Assembly (NCBI RefSeq): GCF_018977255.1
Contig: NW_024704743.1
Location: 64,730,001 to 64,794,000 of the forward strand
DNA from: Callorhinchus milii
Taxonomy: Eukaryota
Reading direction: 5' to 3'
DNA: 64,000 bases
The notes beneath the pieces are model-generated. The model made no database searches, was not told the origin of the DNA, and worked only from the letters and a program-made list of their open reading frames with translations. Shown here piece after piece: positions 26,346 to 38,500 of this stretch. Numbering within the stretch: position 1 is the first letter of the stretch; each line of letters opens with the position of its first letter. The position numbers were made by a program, and so were the translations under genes.

Positions 26346-27244
26346 TAAATATATACTGTAGTAACTTTATCGGTCCGAATCCCACAGTTCCTAGATCAAA
26401 GCTCTAACATCAATGATAAGGATGACAAGATGCATTTTGAAGTCGGACAGCCCAGCGCCTTAACTCAGATTTCTCACTTAGAGAAATGTAACCTCCCTGG
26501 ACTTTAAACCATCCATTTGTCTACAAAGTTTCCTTTATTTCCACACCATTTCGTTATCGGGTCGTTAGACGGAATTAGCAGCCTTTTCAGAAAAGCAGTC
26601 ATCTCGCATCTTCAAACTCTTTTGAAGTGTTAACATTTACATTTCGAAGTGTTAACATTTTTTGTTATATTAACATTTAACATTTAAGCTCTGTCCAAAC
26701 TAGTACATACAGCTAGTGAGTTTCCCCTCCCCCTGGCTTGGTCCTGGGATCCGTTCCTGTGAAGCGCTCTGAGACCCCATCCGGCGTGGAGGGCGCTCTA
26801 TAAATCCAAGTTGTTGTTGTTGTTATTGTTGAATTTGTGCTAGACCAGAGATAAGATGATGATCTATAAAATGAACAAGCTAGGGTGGAGGTAGGGGGCG
26901 GGGGTGAAAGAGACATGGGTTATTCATAGCTAAACAATTACAACTGTCACACTTCTGCTGGGTACACATTTTTTCCTGTGTGGTCCGGAAGTTTAAGATC
27001 TAATCATTTGTGAACTCTCGAATGGTAATTTTGTTATTGGTGACTGCAACGTGAGTAAGTACTGCCTGAAGCAGTCCATCCAATCAACGCAGAAGTCAGA
27101 TTTGGAGGAATCTCAGCACTGTATGTACTATGGCTTGCTCCTACTTTTTAACCCCTCATTTCTCAGCTCACAATGGGCCCTAAATTCTGTGCAGTATATT
27201 AAATATGTAAACTTAGGTGGCTCACATAATTAGAGACATTAACT

Positions 27245-27765
27245 ACAATAATAATCAACATAAACTTCACATTTGGTATAGCACTTTTCACATTTCAGAA
27301 GGACATCACAAAGCCCTTCACAGGATATAGTGTAAAGCAAAGTGACTGTGTGTTTTGTGGGTGAATGCAGCAGTCAATTTTGTGCAAAGCATTGTCTCAC
27401 AAACAGCCATGAAATTAATGACCAATTTTTTTTATTGGGGGATTTTTGGCCAGGGCATCAGGCAAAACTCTGTTCTCTTTTTAAATAGAATAGCAACAAT
27501 AATTTGCATTTATAGAGCACCCTTCACACAATTAGCATCTCGGAGCGCTTGAATAGTGCCGTGGGATCTTTAACCTCGTAAACACTCAGATGGGACCTTG
27601 GTTTATCATCTCATACAAAGGATGGTATCTCCGACAATTCAGAACTCCCCATCCCCATTACATTGGAGTGTCAGTATAGACGATATGAGTTCAAAATCCC
27701 AACTAGAGACCCAAAGCCTTCTGACTCATAGGCAAGAATGCAACTGACTGAGCCAGGCTGACACA
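27245..27765 (-). mobile_element. Older Deu-type SINE interrupted by a ~60-bp LINE tail (~27493-27550)
   Basis: Reverse complement of the same family; the insert is flanked by gaatag on both sides. Confidence 0.78.
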
Positions 27766-28389
27766 CATTTGGTACATTGTGCCATTGTTCCACTTGGCTT
27801 CTCTCTATTCCAGCATCTTTGTTGATGTCACTGGTCATTAGCATCGGATTAAGGTTTATTTAATGGAAAGAGGCCACTGACATCCTTTACAAAGATGTCC
27901 ATCATGCTGCTGCTTATGCTGAGATCCAGGTTGAAGAACGCCTCACTGACTGATGGTGGGGAGGCTGAGAGAAATAAATGAGCAGCACATAGATAATTTT
28001 ATTTACCAATCCGGAGATACCCTGATGAAGATTATTATGGAAACAAGGCACAGGCTTTTAGTTCATTAATAACAATGTGCCTGTCAACCATAACTCCCGG
28101 CTACCTCATGCTCTTTCCCTCCAGGGAGACCAATGGAGTTATGATCTCCTCCACCATCATCAACTCTTGTATCTGCGGGAGCCCCCCATCTACCCAACCC
28201 CAAATTCTGTAGTTGTACATAATCTTTCTCCAAGAAGAAAGAATGTTCAGTCATTAACTTCTCCGTTGTGCTGGTTCCCAATTTGAAAGACACAGACACA
28301 AACAAGATGTGTGTGTGATTGGATCCCTGCCTTAAACATCATGCCCTAGCCTTCTGCTCATTGTCATCCTTATCTCCAAGCAGGAAAAT

Positions 28390-28701
28390 ATAATAATAAT
28401 CCTTGCATTTGATATAGCGCTTTTCACGTCGGGAGGACGTCCCAAAGCGCTTCACAGAACACACTGTAAAGTGAATTGACTGTATATTTGTGGGCGAACG
28501 CAGCAGCCAATTGCGCACAGCAATGTCCCACAAACAGTCGTAGATTGAAAATGACCAATTTATTATTGTTTTTGGTTTTGGAGGGATTATTATTAGGCGT
28601 GTGGAGTAAAGAAACTTGCCCAAGGTTTCGCCCTGCCTGGAATTGAACTCAGGTCTCTTGCTTGCAAAGCGAGTGCTCTAACTACTGAGCTACAGGACTC
28701 C
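28390..28701 (-). mobile_element. Same SINE, full length, near-identical to 56-378
   Basis: Reverse complement aligns end to end with 56-378 with few differences. Confidence 0.93.
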
Positions 28702-29044
28702 AATATATTGGGAGCCACTCGCAAAACTGAGCAGGGCTGACTTCCAGCAAGTAGACACTCATCCGCACAGTTCGAAGCAAACACAGTCATTACACTTTAC
28801 AGTAAAACTTTTGTTAAGCGCTTTGAGATGTTTCAACAGGTGATAAGGCATTATACCAAACGCAAGGTTTATTTTATTATTTATCAGTTTGCCCACAAAA
28901 ACACACAGTCACTACTATTTACAGTAAATCTTGTACAATTTACAGTAAAGGCCCTATATCAAATATAAGGATTATTATCATTATTCTGTTGTCTATGCCG
29001 GTCGACATTGCCAGTGGCCCCAAAAAGACAACATTTGAATTCAT

Positions 29045-29250
29045 GAATCATAGAATCATACAATCCTACAATACAGAAGGAGGCTTTTCCGTCCATCGTG
29101 CGTGTGCTGACTCTTTAGATGAGCTATCCAATCAGTCCCACTCCCCTGCTCTTACCCCATAGCCTCACATAACCTATCCAATTCCCTTTTGAAAGTTATT
29201 ACTGAATTGCTTCCACCACCCTTTCAGGTAGTAGTGCATTCCAGATGATC
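29045..29250 (-). mobile_element. CR1 3' tail
   Basis: aatcatagaatcata...gagctatccaatcagtcccactcccc, as at 1570-1790. Confidence 0.82.
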
Positions 29251-30101
29251 ACCATTGTCACACTCGATTGATCCCTGGAGCTCAGCCTGCTTCTCCTGCC
29301 TGTCCACATGCCTCTGTGCCCATATTTGCACATCCCTTTCCCATTGAAAGCAGCCTATGTATATGACCGACACCTCCAGATGTCAATCATTACCTGGTTG
29401 TGCGAGCTGAACCAAGGTCACTGCTTTATTCTGAAAATAGTTTCTGATTGCCTATGGTTCACCTGTCAGATTTTGACCCAGGCAGAGACCAACATGAAAA
29501 AACTGCAATTGACGTTTTGTCATATAAAAAATATACATTGTACCACCCCTTATTAAACTATCTTATGGCTACCAGAATTTCAACCCATATTATCTTGTTG
29601 CAGCTTTTCTGTTTTTGTTCCCCACCACTGTCTGTGTTGGGTGGGTGTGGGGGGAGACGGGGGTGGGTGAAGGAGGGAGGGGCACAGTTCCTGTCTTATT
29701 ACGGCAGCACATTTTGCTATACATGGGTGATTCACTGTTACACTCAAGATTTTATCTTGAGATAAAGTCAGTTAAATAAGCTATTTGGTTCACTTGGTCA
29801 TCTGCTGGTTTTCTTCTGCTGAGTGTTGGACAAACATCCTCGCATCTTGATTCCTTAAAGGGGCACTGTCTTCATTCAGACAAAACGTCTTCAGCAACTT
29901 GTGTGTGCTAATATACATGGTGTGCATTTTTGGGTCCTTCATGCGTAATGTTAATGTTCTTCTGCGGATCATCATGCTAATCATCAAGCACTCTGGGATG
30001 CTAGCCTGCATGAGGATGCTCTATATAAATGCAAGTTGTTGTTGTTGTTGTGAAAGTTTATTGGGTTTATTTATGAATACCGAGCACAAGGAAAATGAGA
30101 G

Positions 30102-30500
30102 ATTTTCTTCAGCCGGGTGACTGACACATGCGGAAATCCATCACATGCTTAAGAATGTCAAACATCCCACCTATACATGGAAATCCCAGATCGTTGGAAA
30201 GGAGTGTGCACTCTATCTCTGGAAGGACGCATCCTGCTTACCTAATTCCAGAAAGTATTAGGTGCAGTTTTAGCAAAAGCCAAGGCTTGGGGACCCCCAA
30301 ATCTCCTGCTAGAGTCTAACCAGCAAAAACTGTGTAGCTTGCCATTGGGAGACCTGCTTGGCAAGCTTTCCCACTGATTGTCAAGCTAGGACCATGTTAC
30401 CCATTAGGGCTTTGGCTTGCAGGGTTAACAGGGCTGAATGGGAGGATTGATTTTCTTACACCCCATATTAGTGCTTTGGCTGAAAGCTAAGAGTAGGTTG
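30102..30500 (-). mobile_element. Same family, 3' end
   Basis: Colinear with ~33290-33655. Confidence 0.75.
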
Positions 30501-31269
30501 CCTGACTAGCATCTTGGTATCAGAAACAGACCTGAAGTGAGTGTTTTAAAAAAGTAATTTTGAAAAACAGGACAAAATAAGACTTCCTTTTCTACCTTGT
30601 TCCTTCGAAGTGCTTGCAATTTATCCACGTTGCAAAATCTACTTCAGTTGAATGCTTGTACTGCTTCATTTTAAATTTCCTTCCCATGAACTAAAATTAC
30701 TTTTTGGACTTCCCTCGAATTTCTTTGAACTTTTATTAAAAAAAATTTTTTTTTTTAAAAATTGTTGTTTTCTAAATTTCAGCGCAAAACTGACTACCCC
30801 TGAATTTTTTTTAAACCCAAAACATTCCACTATATCAGTGTGTCCTGTAGAAATATGCTTGGCTGGTACTAATTTAACACGTTACACTTTGTAGAGGCAT
30901 TTGCCTCAGTTCACACAATTAACTGAATTAATTAGCTTTGGACTAACCACTTAAAAGAAACATGTTTGGGTGAAAAAATGCAAATTAACCTACAGAGTCT
31001 AAAATCCAACATCCACAAACTGGATTTGTGACAATATTTTGTGGACAGAGAATTACAAATCAAAAGTCAGAAAAATCTGAAAAAAAGTGATGACTGACTG
31101 CAATGCCAACTGTTTCCCGGTTTGGGATTCACAATTTGCCAGCCGCAAAGCAGAAGTTAGAATTAATGCCAAAAGCGCAGTTTGCGAATTTCACATTTTA
31201 GACTCCTGTTTGATAAATTTGTTTAAATCTGAGTTGTTTCACTGGAATAAGTAACACATTTGCGTGCCC

Positions 31270-31760
31270 TCTACTTTGTGGTTTGATACCCATGGCAACA
31301 GAAAGAAAGTCTCACAAGCAAGCTTCCTTTTTCCTTCTCTTTTCAGTGCCAGAGCAGGAAGCTACAACTGGGTCAGGGGCCATACCGGGATGCAGTTATC
31401 CGACATTCAACCTTAAATCAGTTTTTTTTGCTCAAGACATAACATGTAACGTGTTTCCCTGACAAACAAAGTTACCATAACACATTTTGAAAGGAAATAG
31501 TTATTTATTGTGTGATCACGTGATAGTTAGCATAGGAAACCTATAATGTCTCTGAACACTGTATTGTGAATGTCTATCTGTAACTGCTGAGATCTCAGAA
31601 CGAAACGGTTTATGTGGGCAGTAACGACTGATAACCACAAGAAGAGCCTTCTGTAGTACCGTGTAACACACTTACATTACTGAAACAAATAGCAAGCGCA
31701 CTGGTCATACAGATAAGCTAGCCAAGCTAGCCAAACCAGACAAAATATGACTCAGCATTT
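31270..31760. promoter_or_regulatory. Candidate haematopoietic enhancer
   Basis: RUNX, ETS, GATA, E-box, NF-E2/MARE and RFX-like motifs clustered in repeat-free DNA (see findings). Confidence 0.55.
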
Positions 31761-32167
31761 TACTCTATGCAAAATTGTGCGGAGAGCATTGCATCATTCA
31801 TTTCCCAGAAGGTTATATACCAGAAACATTAAAAAAATCAATACTTAAACTTGTTTAATATTACTGCATTACTATTTTTAAAAGGTCATTTTATTAGAAG
31901 AACACCTTATATTGGAAAGCGTTAGAAAGCAATATGTTTTTTGGAATATTTGGCAATATGGTTTGGAACTAGTGCAATGGGCTCGGGACTGGAAACAGAG
32001 GATTATCTCACGTGCATAATAAAGGAAACTTGTATAACATTAGTAAGAGCATATTTAGAACATTGTATAGGAAAAGGCAATTGTCTAAAAAAACGGCAGT
32101 ATAAATTACATCCAATCCCAAGTGTCTTTTTCGGTGTGATCCGCCATTTACACTACCATTATAATAG

Positions 32168-32518
32168 ATGTCAGCCCAGCTCAGACAGAAGCACTGTTAC
32201 TTCTTAGTCAGAAGGTTCGGAGTTCAAGCTTCACTTCAAACACACACAGTCTTGGCGAATACTCCAGTAAAGTCCTGTTCAGGCAGACATTAAAGATCCC
32301 ATCGCACTATTTGAAAAGAGGGTTTCTCCTGGTGTCCCAATTTCCCAAATAAAATTGGTCATTAACTTCACAGCTGTTTGTGGAACATTGCTGTGCAAAA
32401 ATTGCCTGACACGTTTGCTTACAAAAACTCTTTACAACAAATTCTGTGAACCATTTTGAAGCATCTTCCCTGCACAAAATGCATTATATTCAACTGCAAG
32501 AATTATTAGTAATATTAT
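32168..32518 (+). mobile_element. Deu-type SINE, internally deleted
   Basis: Head plus attaaagatcccatcgcactatttgaaaag plus tail. Confidence 0.75.
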
Positions 32519-32864
32519 TTTCCCATCAGGCATCTTCAACTTCACTGGGAGCACCAATCTTCAAAATTACTGAGATTCATTGAAAAATGTTTGGTGAAGA
32601 GTAAAAAGGATGATTCTGGTAATTAAGAATTTACATTTTCACATCTCCACAGAACCAAATTTATTTTAAATTGGAGGAAAAATATTAGGGTGGGGACAGG
32701 ATTAGATCTTTAAATTGAAGGGACACATGCAAAATGTAGATAATCTGGAAGGAGGCAGAGGCACAAAATACTTTATAGTCTTAGTCTAAAAATTATTTTA
32801 AAATTTAAGATCATGCAAAATTTTGGAAAATAGTTGTCAAAATTTGGAACCCATTTCTACAGCA

Positions 32865-32942
32865 AGTCAGTCCAGCTCTCACATAGAGTCAGTCCAGCTC
32901 TCATCACACAGAGTCAGTCCAGCTCTCACATACAGTCAGTCA
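32865..32942. repeat. Short tandem repeat agtcagtccagctctca, 3+ copies
   Basis: Read directly. Confidence 0.9.
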
Positions 32943-33282
32943 CCTTTTGGTTGATTATTAATTAAGTCAAATAAAAAATTGGTTTCTGATATAGTTAAAC
33001 GATAAATCCCTAGTTGGTTAAGTATAAACCACTGCTGTGTAAGGTCAGCAAAGAATATGCTAAATCGAGATAGTCAGTTTCATTTGACAAATTCAACAGA
33101 TTGTTTTGGAGGAAGCTTTTATTTCATCAGTTGGTGAAAGGATATGTTAAGGTTGGGATTTATTTAAAATACAGTTAGTTCAGAATCCAGCTGCGTAAGG
33201 AACATGGAAGTGAGAGCAATGGGTTGTCTATACTGTGATGTGTGCACAGGTGTCAGAGCCAAGGAGTTTAGCTAGGGATATT

Positions 33283-34715
33283 TTTTTTTGGTCAGCCATG
33301 TCTCTGACACATGCAGAAACCCATCACGTGCTTAAAAGTATCCAAACCAACCTGATGTTTCCATGCATCCCACCCACATTTGGAAATTTCAGAGATACCT
33401 TGTTGGAATAAAATACGCACTCTCTCCTTGGAAAGATACATCCTGCTTACCTAAATCTGGAAAGTATTAAGTGCAGGTTGGCAAGAGCCAAGGCTTGGGG
33501 ACCTCAAAGTGTGCATTGGGGTACTGCTGGAGTCTAACCAGCAAAAATGCATAGCTTGTAATTGATACTGCTGTCTGGCAAACTTTCCCGCTGCTTGTCC
33601 AGATAGGACCACAAGATCCGTTAGGGCTTTGGCTTGCAGGGTTAACAGGAGCTGCGCCTAGTGACTGGTCTTTCCCTCCAAGTCCTGCCGATGAGCTGGC
33701 TATGCTATTATCAGCAGTGCCCTGGAGAAATGCGGACCCACCTGGCTCAGGAACTGGACTGCTGAGATCACCACAGAGGGCAGGCCTGATTCCAAAATTC
33801 TGTTACCAAACATGTCACCTTGGAGACAGTTCAGCTCCAAGGAGACCTCGCTTAGCTCCTCCCGAAGGAGGCTAGTCACTAGTTGGTTGTTTGACATCCA
33901 ACAAGCACGGGTTTGATCCCTCACTAGGTGGATGGTAGGTACCAGAAACTCTCTAAAACTTCCTGGTGGGTAACATCGCCACCAGCTCCGTGCCCCCAGC
34001 ATGGGCACATGACCCTTCCCATTGAGCAATGGTTCCACCAGTTGGAGGTGCGGAGTTTAAGAAGCAACTGCTTACCTCTCTGCAAAACAATCAAGGTGGA
34101 TTCCAGGCATTGAATGTACAAACATGTGTCCACAAATCTGGAATTTACCAGCAGCTATCACCCCTAGCCTCAGAGTATCCTCATCAGCTATCTGGGGGAC
34201 ATCTGCCTTCGGGATGATGGGAGACCTTTACAGGACAGCTTGTGACATGCCAGACTCTTTGATATTCTCGAGATCCAAGTCCAATGCTGCATGCCAGGGT
34301 TAGTCAGTATCAACTTCTTAATCCAGGTGTTCATGGGAGGGGCCTTGGCAAACAGATGTGCCCATTGTGAAGCCGCCTCTGCCTTCAGGGTGCTTAATGA
34401 TAGGTCAGTGTAGGCTAGAGCCCTCCCTCTCTGCAGCCGCTTCCCATGTTTGCCACAATCCTACCTCAGTGCTTGATCCTGGGCATGCATTGAAGAGGTT
34501 GCATTCTCAAGAGGCTTCCACCGACCCATTTACAAAGCAAGGGATATACAGTATTTGTGAACACGGGTTGATGGTTAAGCAGCACACTGCGGAGTTAAAA
34601 AGTTTGGGGTCATGGAGACATTTGAGTGTGAAAACCTTTCCGATGATACTAGGCTGGAATTCGGCTCAAGAGTAGAGCTTGGGACCAGGAGATCCATGTT
34701 GGAAAGATGATCATT
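33283..34715 (-). mobile_element. Decayed L1-clade (Tx1-like) LINE with poly(A) tail
   Basis: Minus strand gives SIIGKVFTLKCLHDPKLFNSA (~34590-34650), resembling the L1/Tx1 post-RT motif LS..G+V.++K.L..PKL.Y; 3' end ggctgacc(A)n. Confidence 0.65.
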
Positions 34716-35129
34716 CAACAAAAACAACAACAAAATTACATTTGTACAGCGCCTTTCACGTCGGCAGACTGAGAGTTACAGCAGACTGAGACTTATAAAG
34801 TGCCAAGCATTGTATGACACACAATAAAGAAGCAGTAAAAAAAAGCAACAAATACATCAAGAAGTAACACCGGAAATAACAGTTTCAAACTTGTTTCAGG
34901 CACTATACAGCACGAGAGGAAGAGGAAGAGGCAATTTAACAATTTGCTGTTATTTTGTATAAATTAACAAATATTCTACTCCTGCATTGAAAATATTATT
35001 TCATATGTATTCAAATGCTTCATTTGCTTACTTTACAGATAAGCCTGGTTCTTAAGAGGTTCCAAGAACTTAATCTTCATCTGAGACACAGCAAAAAGAC
35101 CTGACAAAAGCTTCACCACCATATCACAA

Positions 35130-35570
35130 AATCCTACCACTTATATCAGTGCAGTTCTGGTTGCCTTGCCTTAAGGAAGCACAGAGTCGAGCAACAATTA
35201 TGGTCCCCAGTGTTTAGACAAGCTAGGGTTTGTCAATCTGGAGAGATTGGAACTCAGAGGGGATCTTATCGAGGTGTATATTATTTTAAATGGGATTGAA
35301 AAAGTAAACCCAGATCAATATTTGGGGATCAACAAGACAATAGAACAAGCAGACGTAGCTTCAGAGTTGTAAACAACAATCTTAGGACAAACACCAGGAA
35401 GTTTTTCTTTACACAGAGAGTAATCAACAACTGGAACAGGTTGTCAGGAAAGGTTGTGAAGGCTACAACTTTACCCATGGGGGTAAAGTGGGGTAGGTGT
35501 TCTTGAGGGATGACATCAGATGGGCTGAAGGGCCTTCTTCATCCAAATCAATCTTATGATCTTGTGTTAT
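35130..35570 (+). mobile_element. CR1 3' remnant
   Basis: gtgcagttctggttgcc, ctcagaggggatcttatcgaggtgtata (LRGDLIEVY) and 3' hairpin. Confidence 0.82.
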
Positions 35571-38500
35571 GTGTTAGGGAAACTGCACCATGAAATAGAC
35601 AATCCACAACTATTACCTGAACACTCACCAGTGGTAGTGGAAGAAACAACAACAACAAAACACACCAGATCTATCCAATTTAGCTGCAGTGGTTACGAGG
35701 AATGGACAAAGTCATTCTGCAAACAACCTCCATCGAGTAAAGAGTTCTGTGGCTCCAGAATGATATGGAAGTAAGAAAGTAGAAAGAAATAGTATTTTGT
35801 ACTGAAAGCTGGCATAAGGGTCGCTTAAACAGGATCTCGACTTAATTCAGGCGATACCTTGAGAAGCAGTGCTCAATGCTGCTTCTGGGATCCTAAAACC
35901 AAGCCATCCTAAGTCTAAAAATCCAAGAGGAGAATTTTTAAAAAAAATACAACTTGGAAAGGATTTGTCTGCAGGGTGGGGAGTTAGTAAGCATCAATAT
36001 TTAAGGAATTACCCTAAATTTGTAGAGTTCTTAATACAATCAATGTGACAATTATCAACACATTACGAAATGCAGCAAATAGTTAGCAGTAGTGCTGACC
36101 CATTCATCATTCTAAATTCACAATCTCTTATAATTCAGTGTAAGGATTTCATTGACTTGAGGATAGTTGACAAATGACATACAAGGGACAGAAACCAAAT
36201 TCAACTTCAAGCTCACTGAGAAAGCACACTTGGGTTGCTTTAACATTGTTTTCTTAAAATGTGAGATTGTACAGAAAAGCAAGTTCTAAATTAAGGTTGC
36301 ATTTTTTTAAAATTCTAAATTTCATGAGAGATTTCAAGCTTCCAAATTAAAAACTGCAAAATGTAACGATGTAAAATACTAAAATTGTTATAATTCTCAT
36401 ATTTGCTATGGGATCTTTCAAATGACATAATAGCGCTTTACAGTAAAGTGAAATGACTGTATATTTTGTAGGCCAATGCAGCAGACAATTTGCACACAGC
36501 AAATCTCATAAAGAGCCATGAATTGAATGACCGATTATATCTGTTTATCAACAGTTGTGTGTGTGGTATTACATTGTATGTATCTGATGCAATGTGTATT
36601 AACATCATTTAAAGAAATCTCAGTATCAATATGGTTTCAATGTAGATTTCCAAAGTCAGCATAATTACCTTGTCAATGAAACATTCATAATGAGTTATTG
36701 TTTGGATTAGTAGGTAATGACCTTTTTTCATAGCTCCGGGTGTGTGGATTGTGTTAGCTTTTATCTGTTTTTTTTTCACAGTTGTTAATTCCGATATGCA
36801 CAAAAGCATATGACCTTGAATTTTAATGTCCAGTTCGACAACTTCTTCTCCTGGTATCAGCAGCTGTACTTTATGTGCTTCCAGAACCATGTCAATCACT
36901 TTATGTTCTGGTAATAATGGCAGTATTAAACTCCTCTGAATGGTAAGGTCTATGGCATAGTATATTTTATTTATGTTAGGTTCTGCTCATTGCAGGACAC
37001 TTCTATCTAAATATCTGAATTTTATTTAAATATTTCAATTTCTTTCATAATGGATCAGTGACTTTGTATATCTGGTTTATCAGTATTTGGCAACAGTTTT
37101 AGGATGATACAATGTGGTCATGTGAAGTTTGAAGATCGTATCAATAGTTCCCTTTCCTCCTCTCAACAGGCAGTTGTGCAGGTGGATTTCTGCTGAAATA
37201 ACCAAGACATTGCCAATTGTTTGAGAAAAGGGAATCAGACTGGTTGGGCCAATTGGCTTGTTTCTGTGCTGTACATTCTTTGTAAATCTTTGTAAGGTAA
37301 GATATTACCAAAGATAAGAAGATACAATTATCAAGATTGGATAGATTAGAGCTTTTTCTCTTGCTTATGGGACGATTGAGAGGGACTCATGTGGAACTCA
37401 TGACCAGGAGCCATGATTGAAGCAGAAAGCATCAAAGTATTTAATAGGAATCTCAATGCATAAATGAGGGAGAAGCGAATAGAAGTGTTAGGGTTGATCG
37501 CATCAGAAAGACTTTGTTGATTAAACTAGGTAAGGCTGGAACTAGGGTTAATTGATCTGTTTGTTCATGGATTAAATACAAAGCAAACAAAAGTATAAAC
37601 CCAATTTTATAAACCACAACTTTAGAAAAAGTACAGGCTCAAAATTTCTATAGGAACAAATGTCTAGTCACACCAAACTACATTTTTTTTAGTTAAACAA
37701 TTTCAGACATGTGACATTTTGGAGGTAATACTTACATACTTGGCTATCGTTGCAATTATTCCTCCTTTACCCATTGAAAAGAATGTCACCACTACCCCAA
37801 TTAAATTCAGCTCAAACATGTGCTGATACATCAATGATTCCTGGAGTAAACACAGAAGAAGCCGTGCACTTTGAATGTACAGAAGCAAAGAATAATGGAA
37901 AGGTAATCAGCAAATATACGAATAATGCTGGTGACCCCGGATCAGTAAGGTCAGTAGTACTGCATCAGGTGTGGGTTTGTGGTGTGTCAGATGAGTCAAG
38001 TGCTGAGGTTACAATGCATAGTCTCCAGTATCACAAGACAGTGGCGTTGTGAGGGTGAAAGGCTTGAGCCTCCTCCATATCCTTCGACCCCCTGCGCTCC
38101 ATCATCGGTGGCCATACTCTTTTAGGCCCTCTCCCTCTGGGACTCCCTGACTCAATCCCTCTGATTTGTCCCTCTTTACCCATCTTTGGATCACACCTGA
38201 AAACTTTCTCTTTGACCGTGCTTACTGTCACACTTCCTCTTGCTCCCTGGCTCAGAGTCAAACTAAGTCATTGTTAAGTGATCTGAGCCATTTTCCCACA
38301 TGAAGAGCATCATAGATATCTTGTGGAAATCATAGACATTTTGAGGAGGTGACATTCCAAATAACATAGTTCACAGAGATTTCCAAAATGTATTCCAAAG
38401 CTATAGAAGGGCCAGGTGCTTTTCTCTTTCACCAGACAACAGGATTAGGATGACCAACATCATTTAGTGTTTGGTCATCCTAATCTCTGATGCGATCACT

